Origin: Candidatus Saccharimonadota bacterium
GTDB taxonomy: Bacteria; Patescibacteriota; Saccharimonadia; Saccharimonadales; UBA10212
NCBI GenBank assembly: GCA_013815775.1
Contig: JACDFN010000004.1
Span: 1 to 51,610, forward strand
Direction of reading: 5' to 3'
Length of the DNA: 51,610 nucleotides
Within the stretch, counting starts at the first letter, position 1; every line of letters starts with the position of its first letter. Both the position numbers and the translations under genes were made by a program. The notes beneath the pieces are model-generated. The model worked only from the letters and a program-made list of their open reading frames with translations. It was not told the DNA's origin and did no database searches. Below are positions 42,459 through 51,445 of this stretch, in pieces.

Positions 42459-42728
42459 ATGGAACAAAAAACCCCACAAGCACCGAACTATCTTCGTGCT
42501 GATGTACTACTGCGAAATAGCGAAGAGTGGACATTAGGCGCGGAGTTAAGAGCCCGAGTCCAGGCTTCCTTTCCGGAAGTAGAAGTTAGCTATGGCGATG
42601 AAACACAGATTGTCCTGGGTGGCTTAAGGGCTATCGTTGAGGGCAGGCAATGCTGGGTATTCCCTATGCCAGGCGATAATCCCGACCAGCCCACTCTGGG
42701 TTCAGTGCCATTAGCTCTTGAGAGCTAG
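42459..42728 (+). CDS. Hypothetical protein (89 aa)
   Basis: ORF downstream of the protease, followed by a bidirectional terminator. No family recognised. Confidence 0.5.
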   Translation: MEQKTPQAPNYLRADVLLRNSEEWTLGAELRARVQASFPEVEVSYGDETQIVLGGLRAIVEGRQCWVFPMPGDNPDQPTLGSVPLALES

Positions 42729-42767
42729 TTAATTCTTCGTTAAATAAGGATTATTGCTTTGTTATAT

Positions 42768-42799
42768 AAAAAACACCCCTGTTAACTGGAGTGTTTTTT
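42768..42799. terminator. Bidirectional Rho-independent terminator
   Basis: AAAAAACACCCC-TGTTAACT-GGAGTGTTTTTT: an A-tract, a stem and a T-tract between convergent genes. Confidence 0.7.
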
Positions 42800-42819
42800 A
42801 GTATGAAAGACAAAAGTCT

Positions 42820-43188
42820 TTAAGCCCTTCGGTTGATAGTGGCTAGGTAGGCTAGACCCCAGGCTATGGCGGTGTAGACCAGCATGGCAACGGCGGTGTA
42901 GACCTCGAATACCGAAGAATCGCCAACCCGTTCGGCGTTGTAGTCAAACAAACCGAAAAAAGGAGATACCAGCGGCCCTGAAACATCGTAGACAAAATCT
43001 GCGATGCCATTACTCCTGTTCGCCCCCAGTAAACTGAAGATCAGTCTAAAGGCCAGTAGCGTTAAAATTACTCCTGCGATAAACCAAATTAGTCGGGCCA
43101 AGACGTTTTGGTTATGATCGCGTTCCACTACAGTGTCATCTGCAGTGGTGTCTCGTGTTGTTGTTTCTCTTATTATTCTTTCTGCCAT
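42820..43188 (-). CDS. YggT-family membrane protein (tentative)
   Basis: LAFRLIFSLLGANRSNGIADFVYDVSGPLVSPFFGLF resembles the YggT/Ycf19 signature. Two TM helices. Confidence 0.55.
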   Translation of the reverse strand: MAERIIRETTTRDTTADDTVVERDHNQNVLARLIWFIAGVILTLLAFRLIFSLLGANRSNGIADFVYDVSGPLVSPFFGLFDYNAERVGDSSVFEVYTAVAMLVYTAIAWGLAYLATINRRA

Positions 43189-43297
43189 TGTTGTTTCCTC
43201 CTGAGAAATCGTAACAGAGCAGGATTAGACAGACTGTTAAAAATCTAACATACTTTATTTTAGGTAAAATTAATTGAAACTATAGGAGAACTTACAG

Positions 43298-43714
43298 ATG
43301 TTCAATGAGTTTAAAAAGTTTATTCTTCGCGGTAGTGTTGTTGACCTAGCGGTCGGTATCGCAATTGGAGCAGCTTTTACCAATGTGGCCAATGCTCTGG
43401 TTAAAGACATAATAAACCCCCTAATTTCTGTAATCCTAGGGGAGCGTAAGTTCGCCAATGCCCACTTTACTATTAACGGAGCCGACTTTTTGTATGGTGA
43501 CTTAATTAACTCTGTCATCACATTCCTTTTGGTAGCTACCGTAGTTTTCTTTTTAGTAGTAAAGCCTATCAACAAATTGTCCGATATTGCCTTTAAATCC
43601 AAGAAGACTGATGAACCCGATACACGTAAGTGTCCTTACTGCCTAGGAGTCATTCCCAGCCAGGCTACAAAATGCATGCACTGCGGCTCAAGCGTTAGTA
43701 AGCAGAAGAAGTAG
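43298..43714 (+). CDS. mscL: Large-conductance mechanosensitive channel with a C-terminal CxxC...CxxC zinc-ribbon tail
   Basis: MFNEFKKFILRGSVVDLAVGIAIGAAF is the canonical MscL N-terminus. The tail is KCPYCLGVIPSQATKCMHCGS. Confidence 0.93.
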   Translation: MFNEFKKFILRGSVVDLAVGIAIGAAFTNVANALVKDIINPLISVILGERKFANAHFTINGADFLYGDLINSVITFLLVATVVFFLVVKPINKLSDIAFKSKKTDEPDTRKCPYCLGVIPSQATKCMHCGSSVSKQKK

Positions 43715-44132
43715 CTGGAGCAGTTAATTGGGCTGGGGCGGCTGGCTCCGCTTTTCTGTAGACAGGCTTAATAATCGGACTCTCCAGTGCCGCAGCACTA
43801 TATACTAAACCTGATTCGACCAAAAGTAGAAAGTCGAGGGGTTTTAAAAAGTCATAAATAGCATTTCCGAATGTAGGCATGAAAAGCCCGGCAGTGCCAA
43901 CCGTAACAAGACTCAAGCCAAAAACCGCCATACTACTGCGCAAGTTTGAGCTGCTGAAAGAATTTTTAAAGGCCATCAACAACATTCCGAAAACTAAAGT
44001 AATCTTTAACATGGTCGCTCCAGGGTCTAAGGATAGAAAATAAAACAACGGGTCCGAAGAGTCTGCCCTTGCCATTAATACGACGGCTATGAGGCCCACC
44101 AAAGTTACAACGCTAATAAGTTTATTTATCAT
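43695..44132 (-). CDS. Hypothetical polytopic membrane protein
   Basis: Four hydrophobic helices. It overlaps the convergent mscL 3' end by 20 nt. Confidence 0.5.
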   Translation of the reverse strand: MINKLISVVTLVGLIAVVLMARADSSDPLFYFLSLDPGATMLKITLVFGMLLMAFKNSFSSSNLRSSMAVFGLSLVTVGTAGLFMPTFGNAIYDFLKPLDFLLLVESGLVYSAAALESPIIKPVYRKAEPAAPAQLTAPATSSAY

Positions 44133-44371
44133 ATATATTTCTCCCTTTTGGTCACCTAAGTAAATTACAACTATGGCAAGAATCCGTCCGCATGAATCAT
44201 TACTATGAGCAAGCGAACTTTTTTACATCGCGGCAGTTGAATTACTTACAACCTTTATCGGTCCACCAAGTTAATGTTGAGAGGTGGAATAAGCAAAATA
44301 TGCTAATGTTAATGTAGGTAGAATGCACCTAAGACATTAGTCGTAGGCGAAAAAATAAAAGGCACGAAAAA

Positions 44372-45349
44372 ATGGCCAAAAAAGTAATAGGACGAAAACG
44401 CACGGGTCGTAAATCTTTTAATTACTATGTTCGCGATATCAAGATTATCGATGAGCAATCGCTGGATTACTTTAGGTCGCTTAAAATCCCGCCAGCCTGG
44501 CAAGATGTCCAGATATTCCAAAACCAAAAGGCACGGATTTTGGCAACCGGTATGGATGATGCCGGACGTATGCAGTATATCTACCACCCAACTTTTAGAG
44601 CGCGACAAGACAAAGAAAAGTTTGAGAGAACTTTAAGGTTCGCTCGGGCCCTACCTAATATGCGAAGACTTACATTGCAGCATCTAGATCAAGTTGGATT
44701 AGAACGTGAAAAGGTCTTGGCCTGTATTGTGCGACTCATGGACCTAGCTTATTTTCGGGTTGGTAACGAGGTATACGCCCAAGAGAATGAAAGCTACGGC
44801 TTAACTACAATGCGCAGTAAACACGTTTCAGTAAGTGGCGATACTATTACATTCGACTTTGTAGGTAAAAGCGGTAAAAAGCACCTTAAAGTAGTAACCG
44901 ACAGGCAATTAGCCGACTTAGTTAAGCGTCTGGACGCTCTGCCCGGATACGAAGTATTCAAGTACTTCGATGAGTCGGGTTTACTGAAAGATGTGAAGAG
45001 TGCAGATGTAAATGAATACATAAAAGAGATTATGGGTGAAGAATTTACCGCTAAAGATTTTAGGACATGGGGAGGAACTTTATTGGCCAGTGCTGAGCTA
45101 GCTAAAAAAGAGCGTCCCAGGCTTGAGAACGACCGTAGAAAAGCTGTAGCGGAGTGTATAAAAAATGTGGCCTCAAGCCTAGGCAATACACCAGCAGTTA
45201 CCCGCAGTGCCTACATTGACCCCAGAGTGTTAAAAGCGTTCTCGAATAACAAACTGTTTACTGTCTATCAAACAGTTTCCAGCATGAACCGTGAGACATA
45301 CTTAAGCGCGGATGAGCATTGCGTATTGGAGTTATTGCAGGAACTGTAG
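44372..45349 (+). CDS. DNA topoisomerase IB (poxvirus-like bacterial type)
   Basis: GRMQYIYHP..., FTAKDFRTWGGT and LGNTPAVTRSAYIDP (catalytic Tyr context) match bacterial TopIB. Confidence 0.85.
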   Translation: MAKKVIGRKRTGRKSFNYYVRDIKIIDEQSLDYFRSLKIPPAWQDVQIFQNQKARILATGMDDAGRMQYIYHPTFRARQDKEKFERTLRFARALPNMRRLTLQHLDQVGLEREKVLACIVRLMDLAYFRVGNEVYAQENESYGLTTMRSKHVSVSGDTITFDFVGKSGKKHLKVVTDRQLADLVKRLDALPGYEVFKYFDESGLLKDVKSADVNEYIKEIMGEEFTAKDFRTWGGTLLASAELAKKERPRLENDRRKAVAECIKNVASSLGNTPAVTRSAYIDPRVLKAFSNNKLFTVYQTVSSMNRETYLSADEHCVLELLQEL

Positions 45350-45358
45350 AGCACCTAT

Positions 45359-46561
45359 TTAGCTCAGATTTTTTATAGCGTTTATATAAGCTGCATCTCG
45401 CAATGAAACTTTTTTGCTAAGGTGCGTTTTGTATAGATTATCTACGGCTGAGGTCATATATTTTTCCAGCTTATTGTTTACTCCGCTTTCGCTCCAGTGC
45501 TCGCCGCTTTTGTTTTGAAGCCATTCAAGATAACTGACTATGACTCCGCCGGCGTTAGCGATAATGTCAGGTAACACTACAACATCCTTTTTATCTAAAA
45601 ACTCAAATGCCTCGTTAGATACCGGTCCATTGGCCATCTCAACTATGTATTTTGCCTGTACAGTGTGCATATTTTTTTTGTTCACTGCATCGCCTAGGGC
45701 CGCCAAGACTAGAACATCTACTTCAAGACCAACTAAATCCTGGTTAGTGATGCTGGATACTCCGTCGGCCTTATATTCTTTGAAGCTTCCCCCGTTTTTC
45801 TTGTGACGGCTAAGGTCTGATGGTTTTAACCCAGACTTACAATATAAACCAGTTGATGAATCACTGGCCGCTATTAGCCGCCAGTTAGGTTGATCCCCTT
45901 CTGCCACCGTAGCAAAAAAAGATCCTACATTGCCAAAGCCTTGGACGCCGTAGGTTAGTTTTTGTCCGGTTTTACCAAGGTGTTTCAATAGAGTCTCAAG
46001 GGCAATAACCCCGCCACTTCCGGTAGCAGCGTCTCTACCTAAACTGCCCCCGCGGGCCACAGTTTTACCCGTAAAGCTGGCTCCCGTTTTATCGCCAGTG
46101 ATAATTTCATATTCGTCTACCATCCAATCAATAATTCCAGGATTAGTATTAACGTCCGGCGCCGGCACATCTTTGTCTGGGCCAATATGGGGGTGCAGAT
46201 GCCGAACGTATTTTCTGCTTAGTTCCTCTAAATCATTTTGATTTAAAGTTTTTGGGTCAACCTCTATACCGCCCTTGCCGCCGCCCAGAGGTAGCCCAAC
46301 TGCCGCAGTTTTAAAACTCATAAGGATTGCCAGGGCTCTGACTTCATCAATATCTACTTCGGGATGAAAGCGTATACCGCCTTTATATGGTCCTCTTTTA
46401 TTACTGTGTTGAACCCTATAGGCAGGGTAGGTGCGTCCGTTTTTAAGTTTTATGTCAAAGATGTGTTCGTTGTTAATATCAATCAATTGCTTAACCGCGT
46501 CTTCATCCAAACCAAGTTTTGTAGCCGCGCTTCGGATAGCAGCGTGGGCGGTCTCTAGCAT
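45359..46561 (-). CDS. gdh: Glutamate dehydrogenase (Glu/Leu/Phe/Val dehydrogenase family)
   Basis: PYKGGIRFHPEVDIDEVRALAILMSFKTAAVGLPLGGGKGGI and the dinucleotide fold GFGNVG. Confidence 0.93.
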   Translation of the reverse strand: MLETAHAAIRSAATKLGLDEDAVKQLIDINNEHIFDIKLKNGRTYPAYRVQHSNKRGPYKGGIRFHPEVDIDEVRALAILMSFKTAAVGLPLGGGKGGIEVDPKTLNQNDLEELSRKYVRHLHPHIGPDKDVPAPDVNTNPGIIDWMVDEYEIITGDKTGASFTGKTVARGGSLGRDAATGSGGVIALETLLKHLGKTGQKLTYGVQGFGNVGSFFATVAEGDQPNWRLIAASDSSTGLYCKSGLKPSDLSRHKKNGGSFKEYKADGVSSITNQDLVGLEVDVLVLAALGDAVNKKNMHTVQAKYIVEMANGPVSNEAFEFLDKKDVVVLPDIIANAGGVIVSYLEWLQNKSGEHWSESGVNNKLEKYMTSAVDNLYKTHLSKKVSLRDAAYINAIKNLS

Positions 46562-46752
46562 TAAAGTATTACCTCACTTTTCGTTTTTAAATAATCGCCT
46601 ATAAAGTAGTCTTATGTCAATTGCGCCGGGCATCATTTAAAGCCCTTGGCATGAAATTCTCGGCACATACTAACAAAATAACTGCTAGATATTTCACAGA
46701 CCACTAAGATCATGAGAAGTATAGTAATAAAGCAATAAATAAAGGAGGCAAT

Positions 46753-46866
46753 ATGGACGACATACAAGACGAATTTAAGGATAAAAAAGATGACATGGAT
46801 GATTCATTCCATGAGGCAAAGGGCAGAACTGAGCAAAAGATAGAAGACGCTACAGACGACGAGTAG
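46753..46866 (+). CDS. Small acidic protein (37 aa), faintly CsbD-like
   Basis: AAGGAGG 5 nt before the ATG. Product: MDDIQDEFKDKKDDMDDSFHEAKGRTEQKIEDATDDE. Followed by a clean terminator. Confidence 0.5.
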   Translation: MDDIQDEFKDKKDDMDDSFHEAKGRTEQKIEDATDDE

Positions 46867-46885
46867 AGCAGTAGTTTAGTCTTTT

Positions 46886-46917
46886 AAAAAAGCTCGGTTT
46901 TAACACCGGGCTTTTTT
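46886..46917 (+). terminator. Rho-independent terminator (A-tract, 8 bp stem, T6)
   Basis: AAAAAAGCTCGGT-TTTAAC-ACCGGGCTTTTTT. Confidence 0.7.
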
Positions 46918-47091
46918 AGTATGCGTCTGATTGTTCTTAAACAACTTCAGCCTAAACACCGGCAGAACGATGGCTGGTAGAGCTGGCGTCGTAGTCAGTT
47001 CAGTAAACAGCACTGGGTGAGATTTAAAAAGTCAAATTAGTGTTAATATTTTTACAGTAAAATATTATTTACTTTATTATATTAATAAAAC

Positions 47092-47526
47092 ATGAATGGA
47101 TTTGAATTAAAGACATACCACTCTGGGCTTCTGCAAGCCAGGGCTTATAGAGCTCTCCGCTATTACATGGCCGATTTTCTAAAGAAGTACCATCTCAGCA
47201 TGATGGAGTGGACACTGCTTGGGCATATCTCAGAGAGTAATAAGGAAGGTATTAATATTAGTCAGCTGGCAGAGCTTTTTGGAGTGGAGACGTCCCTAAT
47301 GACAAACTCAATCAATAAACTTCATGACAAAGGTTTAGTCGGCAGGACATCAGACGTCAGTGATAAGCGGATTAGGTTAGTCCGGATTACTAAAAAGGGT
47401 GGATTGCTAGTCAAGAAAGTTGAAAAGAAATTATCCGCAAGCCTAGAAGAATGGCTGAAGGATATAAACCCCAAAGCAATAGTCCACTATATGGAAGTTC
47501 TTAAATACCTGGCCAATAAAAATTAG
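47092..47526 (+). CDS. MarR-family transcriptional regulator
   Basis: Paralog-like to 6022..6462: YHSGLLQARAYRAL..., LSMMEWTLLGHI..., ISQLAELFGVETSLMTNSINKLHDKGLVGRTSDVSDKR. Confidence 0.85.
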   Translation: MNGFELKTYHSGLLQARAYRALRYYMADFLKKYHLSMMEWTLLGHISESNKEGINISQLAELFGVETSLMTNSINKLHDKGLVGRTSDVSDKRIRLVRITKKGGLLVKKVEKKLSASLEEWLKDINPKAIVHYMEVLKYLANKN

Positions 47527-47527
47527 C

Positions 47528-47545
47528 CTGTAAAAATTTTTACAG
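47528..47545. promoter_or_regulatory. Perfect 18 nt palindrome CTGTAAAAATTTTTACAG (candidate MarR operator)
   Basis: It begins 2 nt after the MarR stop and lies 79 nt before the DUF4331 gene. The half-site TTTTTACAG recurs at 47049-47057, upstream of marR. Confidence 0.45.
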
Positions 47546-47623
47546 AAATAATTTATGAATTAAATATAATTAACTTTATAAGATAAACGTTCCATCACAG
47601 GGGACATAAATGGAGGATAAGGA

Positions 47624-49192
47624 ATGAATCATAAAATTACTAAGAACATAAGAAAAGCTACGCTGTTTGCGCTGCTTATTGCTGTGGTCGGAACTGTTTC
47701 TTTTCAGCCGCTAGGCTCACTGATGGCTTCTAGCCACCGCGAAGCACCGCTAATTTCAGGCGACCCAAAGGCTGACGGCACTGACTTTTACGCCTTCGTG
47801 AGTCCAGATAAATCAGATACCGTTACTTTGATCGCTAACTACCTACCATTTGAAAACCCACCCGGCGGACCTAATTTCTATTCTTTCGACGACAATGTAA
47901 GGTACGAAATTAAGATTGATAATGATGGCGACGCCGTAGAGGACATAACCTACCGCTATAAATTCACTACCACCACCCAAAAGGGTGATACTTTTTTGTA
48001 TAACACCGGCCCAGTCAAATCACTGTCAGATCCTAACTTGAACGTTCGCCAAACCTACAGTTTAACGAAGATTCAAGATGGCGCCGAAACGGTGATTGGC
48101 CAAGATATACCTACCCCTCCAAGTAACATTGGGCCCAAATCAACGCCCAACTACGATAAACTTCAAGCTGAAGCTGTAAAGACAGTCGGCGCCGTTAAAA
48201 CATTTGCCGGACAGAGCGATGACCCATTCTTCGCTGACCTGGGTGGACTATTCGACCTTCTGACTATTCGTAAACTTCCTGGTAACGCTGGTGGCGGAAG
48301 CGATGGCCTAAAAGGCTTTAGCGTCCAATCATTGGCGCTCCAAGTACCTATTTCGGAATTAACTAATGATAAATCTCGACCAACCGACCCTAAAGCGGCC
48401 GCCGCGGTAATAGGCGCTTGGACAACTTCTTCCCGTCAAAGTACAACCGTGCTAGGTGGGGGCAAAGCCTCATCAAGCGGAGAATACGTGCAAGTTTCCC
48501 GATTGGGAGCACCACTGGTTAACGAAGTTGTAGTACCGCTGGCAGCTAAGGACCTTTGGAACAGCTCTGTACCAGCAGGTGACGCTCAGTTCGCCAACGG
48601 CGTGACAAATCCTGAGCTGGGTAAATTACTTAACGCTCTATACAAAGTAAAAGTTCCACCCCAAGGTAACTTCGGTACCGCAGAAGCTAGAGATGACTTA
48701 GTAGCAATATTCCTAACTGGTATCCCCGACTTGACCCAACCGCCTAATGTTAAGCCTTCTGAACAGCTGCGCTTAAATGTAGCAATAGCACCAACCCAGA
48801 ACCCAAATAGAATGGGAGTTCTAGCCAAAGATAACCAAGGCTATCCAAATGGCCGACGTTTGGCCGACGATGTAACCGACATTTCGGTCCAAGCAGTTGC
48901 CGGCGCTGTCTACCCACTATTCCACAAAGACTTCAAACCTGATCCTTTAGCTACTCAACTTGGTGATGGCGTCGACAAGAACGACAAACCATTCCGCAGT
49001 TCATTCCCTTACCTAGCCCTACCCAGCAATGGTTACGCCACTACCTCAGGACTAGACGAAAGAGCAAGTGTCGGAAATAGCGACAAAGACTCCGACGATG
49101 ACATGGGCAAAACAATTGCAATTGCTGTTGGCGCCTTGGCGCTTGGAGCGCTTGCGGCTTCTCTCCTAATGAGACGTGGCAGCAGAGCCTAA
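47624..49192 (+). CDS. DUF4331-domain secreted protein with a C-terminal TM anchor
   Basis: The mature N-terminus SSHREAPLISGDPKADGTDFYAFVSPD...GGPNFYSFDDNVRYEIKIDNDGD is the DUF4331 signature. GGAGG SD, a signal peptide, and a C-terminal IAIAVGALALGALAASLLMRRG. Confidence 0.8.
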   Translation: MNHKITKNIRKATLFALLIAVVGTVSFQPLGSLMASSHREAPLISGDPKADGTDFYAFVSPDKSDTVTLIANYLPFENPPGGPNFYSFDDNVRYEIKIDNDGDAVEDITYRYKFTTTTQKGDTFLYNTGPVKSLSDPNLNVRQTYSLTKIQDGAETVIGQDIPTPPSNIGPKSTPNYDKLQAEAVKTVGAVKTFAGQSDDPFFADLGGLFDLLTIRKLPGNAGGGSDGLKGFSVQSLALQVPISELTNDKSRPTDPKAAAAVIGAWTTSSRQSTTVLGGGKASSSGEYVQVSRLGAPLVNEVVVPLAAKDLWNSSVPAGDAQFANGVTNPELGKLLNALYKVKVPPQGNFGTAEARDDLVAIFLTGIPDLTQPPNVKPSEQLRLNVAIAPTQNPNRMGVLAKDNQGYPNGRRLADDVTDISVQAVAGAVYPLFHKDFKPDPLATQLGDGVDKNDKPFRSSFPYLALPSNGYATTSGLDERASVGNSDKDSDDDMGKTIAIAVGALALGALAASLLMRRGSRA

Positions 49193-49316
49193 AACTTACA
49201 AACTAAAAATACAAAATTGTTGAAGGCCTGGTTTAATTAATCCTCCCCGGATAAATTGGCCAGGCCTCAGCAAATAGCTCCACTTTTTGCTACCGACATT
49301 ATAATTAACCAAAGGT

Positions 49317-50639
49317 ATGAAATCAGACGCAGTACTAAACTTCCTAAAAACTAATAGAAACATTCTTCTGGTAGTGGTGGCAGTCGCCGGAATACTTACC
49401 GGTTCTATTGTTCTAAATATCGCGCGGTCGAATAACCCCAATAGTTCCACGAGACCGTACAGTAATACTGACCAGCTAATTCAGATAGGCAGAAGCCGGC
49501 TAGCCGCAGACCCAGGCAACCCTAGTCGCTATGTGTCCCTCTGCCAACTGTATTTGCAAAAGGTACGCGAAAACGCTGATACCTCCCTTTATGAGAAATG
49601 CGACAGTTTGCTGGGTAAGGCCACGGGGCTAGATACCGCCAACGCCGATATAGCTGCTACCCAGGCCTCCGTGGCATACGGCAGGCACTCGTTTAGGGAG
49701 GGCTTGGAACTTTCCAAGAAAGCCCTGCAGCTCAACCCCTTACCGGTGGCCTACTGGGGACTAGTGGGTGACGGGCAAATAGAGCTTGGCCAGTATAACG
49801 AAGCCGTTCAATCCTTCCAAACGATGGTAGATAAGAAACCAGAGCTTAGTTCGTTTAACCGAGTAGCCTACGTTAGAGAAGTTTACGGTGATATAGCCGG
49901 CGCCAAATCAGCGCTTGGGGCCGCTATTTCTGCCGGCTCCTCGTTCCCTGAAAATGTAGCCTTTAGCCAGGTTGAGTTGGGCAAGCTGCACGCCCGTAGC
50001 GACCTAGATAAAGCTGAGCGGACCTATAAAGAAGCCTTGCAAACTTACCCGAGCTACCCTCCGGCGCTGGAAGGCTTAGGCAGGGTTGCCTTCGCTCGCG
50101 GCGACCACAAAGAAGCTATCAAATATTTTAGCCAGGCATTTGAAATTCTGCCCTTAGCTCAGTACGTCTCGGCGTTAGGAGACGTATATACTGGCAAAGG
50201 AGACAAAAAAAAAGCCAGCCAGCAATATTTTTTGGCCCAGTTGGCCTTTGATAAATCCAGTTCTGGCGGAGTAAATAACGATTTTGAACTATCCACTTTC
50301 CTATCAGAGCGCAACAAAGACCCAAAAAAATCTCTTGAACTGGCCCAAGCAGCATTTGCCGTTCGACCAAACATTTTTTCGGCCGATGCGCTGTCTTGGG
50401 CCCATTACCGCCTGGGTAATTATACCGAAGCTCAGGCAGCCAGTAGGGAAGCCATGAAGCTCGGAGAGCACCAAGCAGTTGTTCTTTACCACGCCGGTAT
50501 GATAGCCGACAAGCTCGGCCAAAAAGAACAGGCTGACAAATATCTGAAAAAAGCTTTCGGGCTAGACAAGTATTTTCTGGAGTCCCATTTTTCTATCTTA
50601 GACAGACAAGTGGCCAAAGAAGCTTTGGAGCGTTTATAG
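49317..50639 (+). CDS. Tetratricopeptide-repeat protein, N-terminally membrane-anchored
   Basis: TM helix ILLVVVAVAGILTGSIVL followed by repeated A-x-x-x-Y/F-x-x-A-L TPR units. Confidence 0.8.
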   Translation: MKSDAVLNFLKTNRNILLVVVAVAGILTGSIVLNIARSNNPNSSTRPYSNTDQLIQIGRSRLAADPGNPSRYVSLCQLYLQKVRENADTSLYEKCDSLLGKATGLDTANADIAATQASVAYGRHSFREGLELSKKALQLNPLPVAYWGLVGDGQIELGQYNEAVQSFQTMVDKKPELSSFNRVAYVREVYGDIAGAKSALGAAISAGSSFPENVAFSQVELGKLHARSDLDKAERTYKEALQTYPSYPPALEGLGRVAFARGDHKEAIKYFSQAFEILPLAQYVSALGDVYTGKGDKKKASQQYFLAQLAFDKSSSGGVNNDFELSTFLSERNKDPKKSLELAQAAFAVRPNIFSADALSWAHYRLGNYTEAQAASREAMKLGEHQAVVLYHAGMIADKLGQKEQADKYLKKAFGLDKYFLESHFSILDRQVAKEALERL

Positions 50640-50647
50640 ATGGGAAC

Positions 50648-51445
50648 ATGAAGCGATTTATAATACTCAATCTTGTTTTAGTATCCGGTTTTTTAATGCT
50701 GGCCCCGGCGCCAGCGTCAGCCCATGAGCTTCTGCCCGAAAAAGTAATTGAATATATCAAACGCAACCCCAATGCTTCGCCGGAACAAATTAAACTGTAC
50801 ATTGAAGGAAATGCTCCTGAATACTCCGATAAAGTTAAAAGTCAGCAAGATGTAATTACTCTGGTTAATCAAAAAACTAGCTTTTTCGATAACTCTTTCG
50901 ACTTTTTAAAACTTGGTATTAAACATATCCTGAGCGGTCCAGATCATATCCTATTCGTTTTATCTTTACTGTTAGTGTTCGCCGGCTTAAAAAATGTTTT
51001 CAAATACACCGGTGCTTTTACCGTTGCGCACTCTATAACCCTGATACTGGCTGGCTCTGGGCTACTGACTCTTAGTTCTCGAATTGTAGAACCGATTATC
51101 GCGTTATCGATTGCAGTTGTTGCACTTGGTAGTGTGTTTTTAAAAGATAATAAATACATAGGAGATATAAAATCTAAACTGGGTATTATATTTTTCTTTG
51201 GCCTATTCCACGGACTGGGTTTCGCAGGGCTTCTAAAAGAAATCGAGGTCCCAGAAGATAAGTTTTTATCGTCTCTTCTTTCGTTCAATCTTGGTATAGA
51301 GATTGGCCAGCTGGTTATTATTGGCCTAGCACTACCATTTATATATTTACTCCGTAATAAAACTTGGTACCCACTGCTAATTAAAATAATCGCAGGCGCT
51401 ATCGCAACGATTGCCATAATCTGGATGTTTCAACGCATTTTCTAA
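50648..51445 (+). CDS. HupE/UreJ-family membrane protein (putative metal transporter)
   Basis: Signal peptide, GIKHILSGPDHILFVLSLLL and FGLFHGLGFAG motifs, and several TM helices. Confidence 0.8.
   Translation: MKRFIILNLVLVSGFLMLAPAPASAHELLPEKVIEYIKRNPNASPEQIKLYIEGNAPEYSDKVKSQQDVITLVNQKTSFFDNSFDFLKLGIKHILSGPDHILFVLSLLLVFAGLKNVFKYTGAFTVAHSITLILAGSGLLTLSSRIVEPIIALSIAVVALGSVFLKDNKYIGDIKSKLGIIFFFGLFHGLGFAGLLKEIEVPEDKFLSSLLSFNLGIEIGQLVIIGLALPFIYLLRNKTWYPLLIKIIAGAIATIAIIWMFQRIF

Noticed and set aside
46992-47008. TAGTCAGTTCAGTAAAC resembles the 5' end of the GC-rich unit (TAGTCAGGTCAGTCACC, 31164-31180; 14 of 17 identical)
   Set aside because: The motif is internally repetitive (TCAG TCAG). A 14/17 match in about 100 kb of two-strand sequence is near chance expectation by my rough estimate. 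No matching partner arm is nearby.
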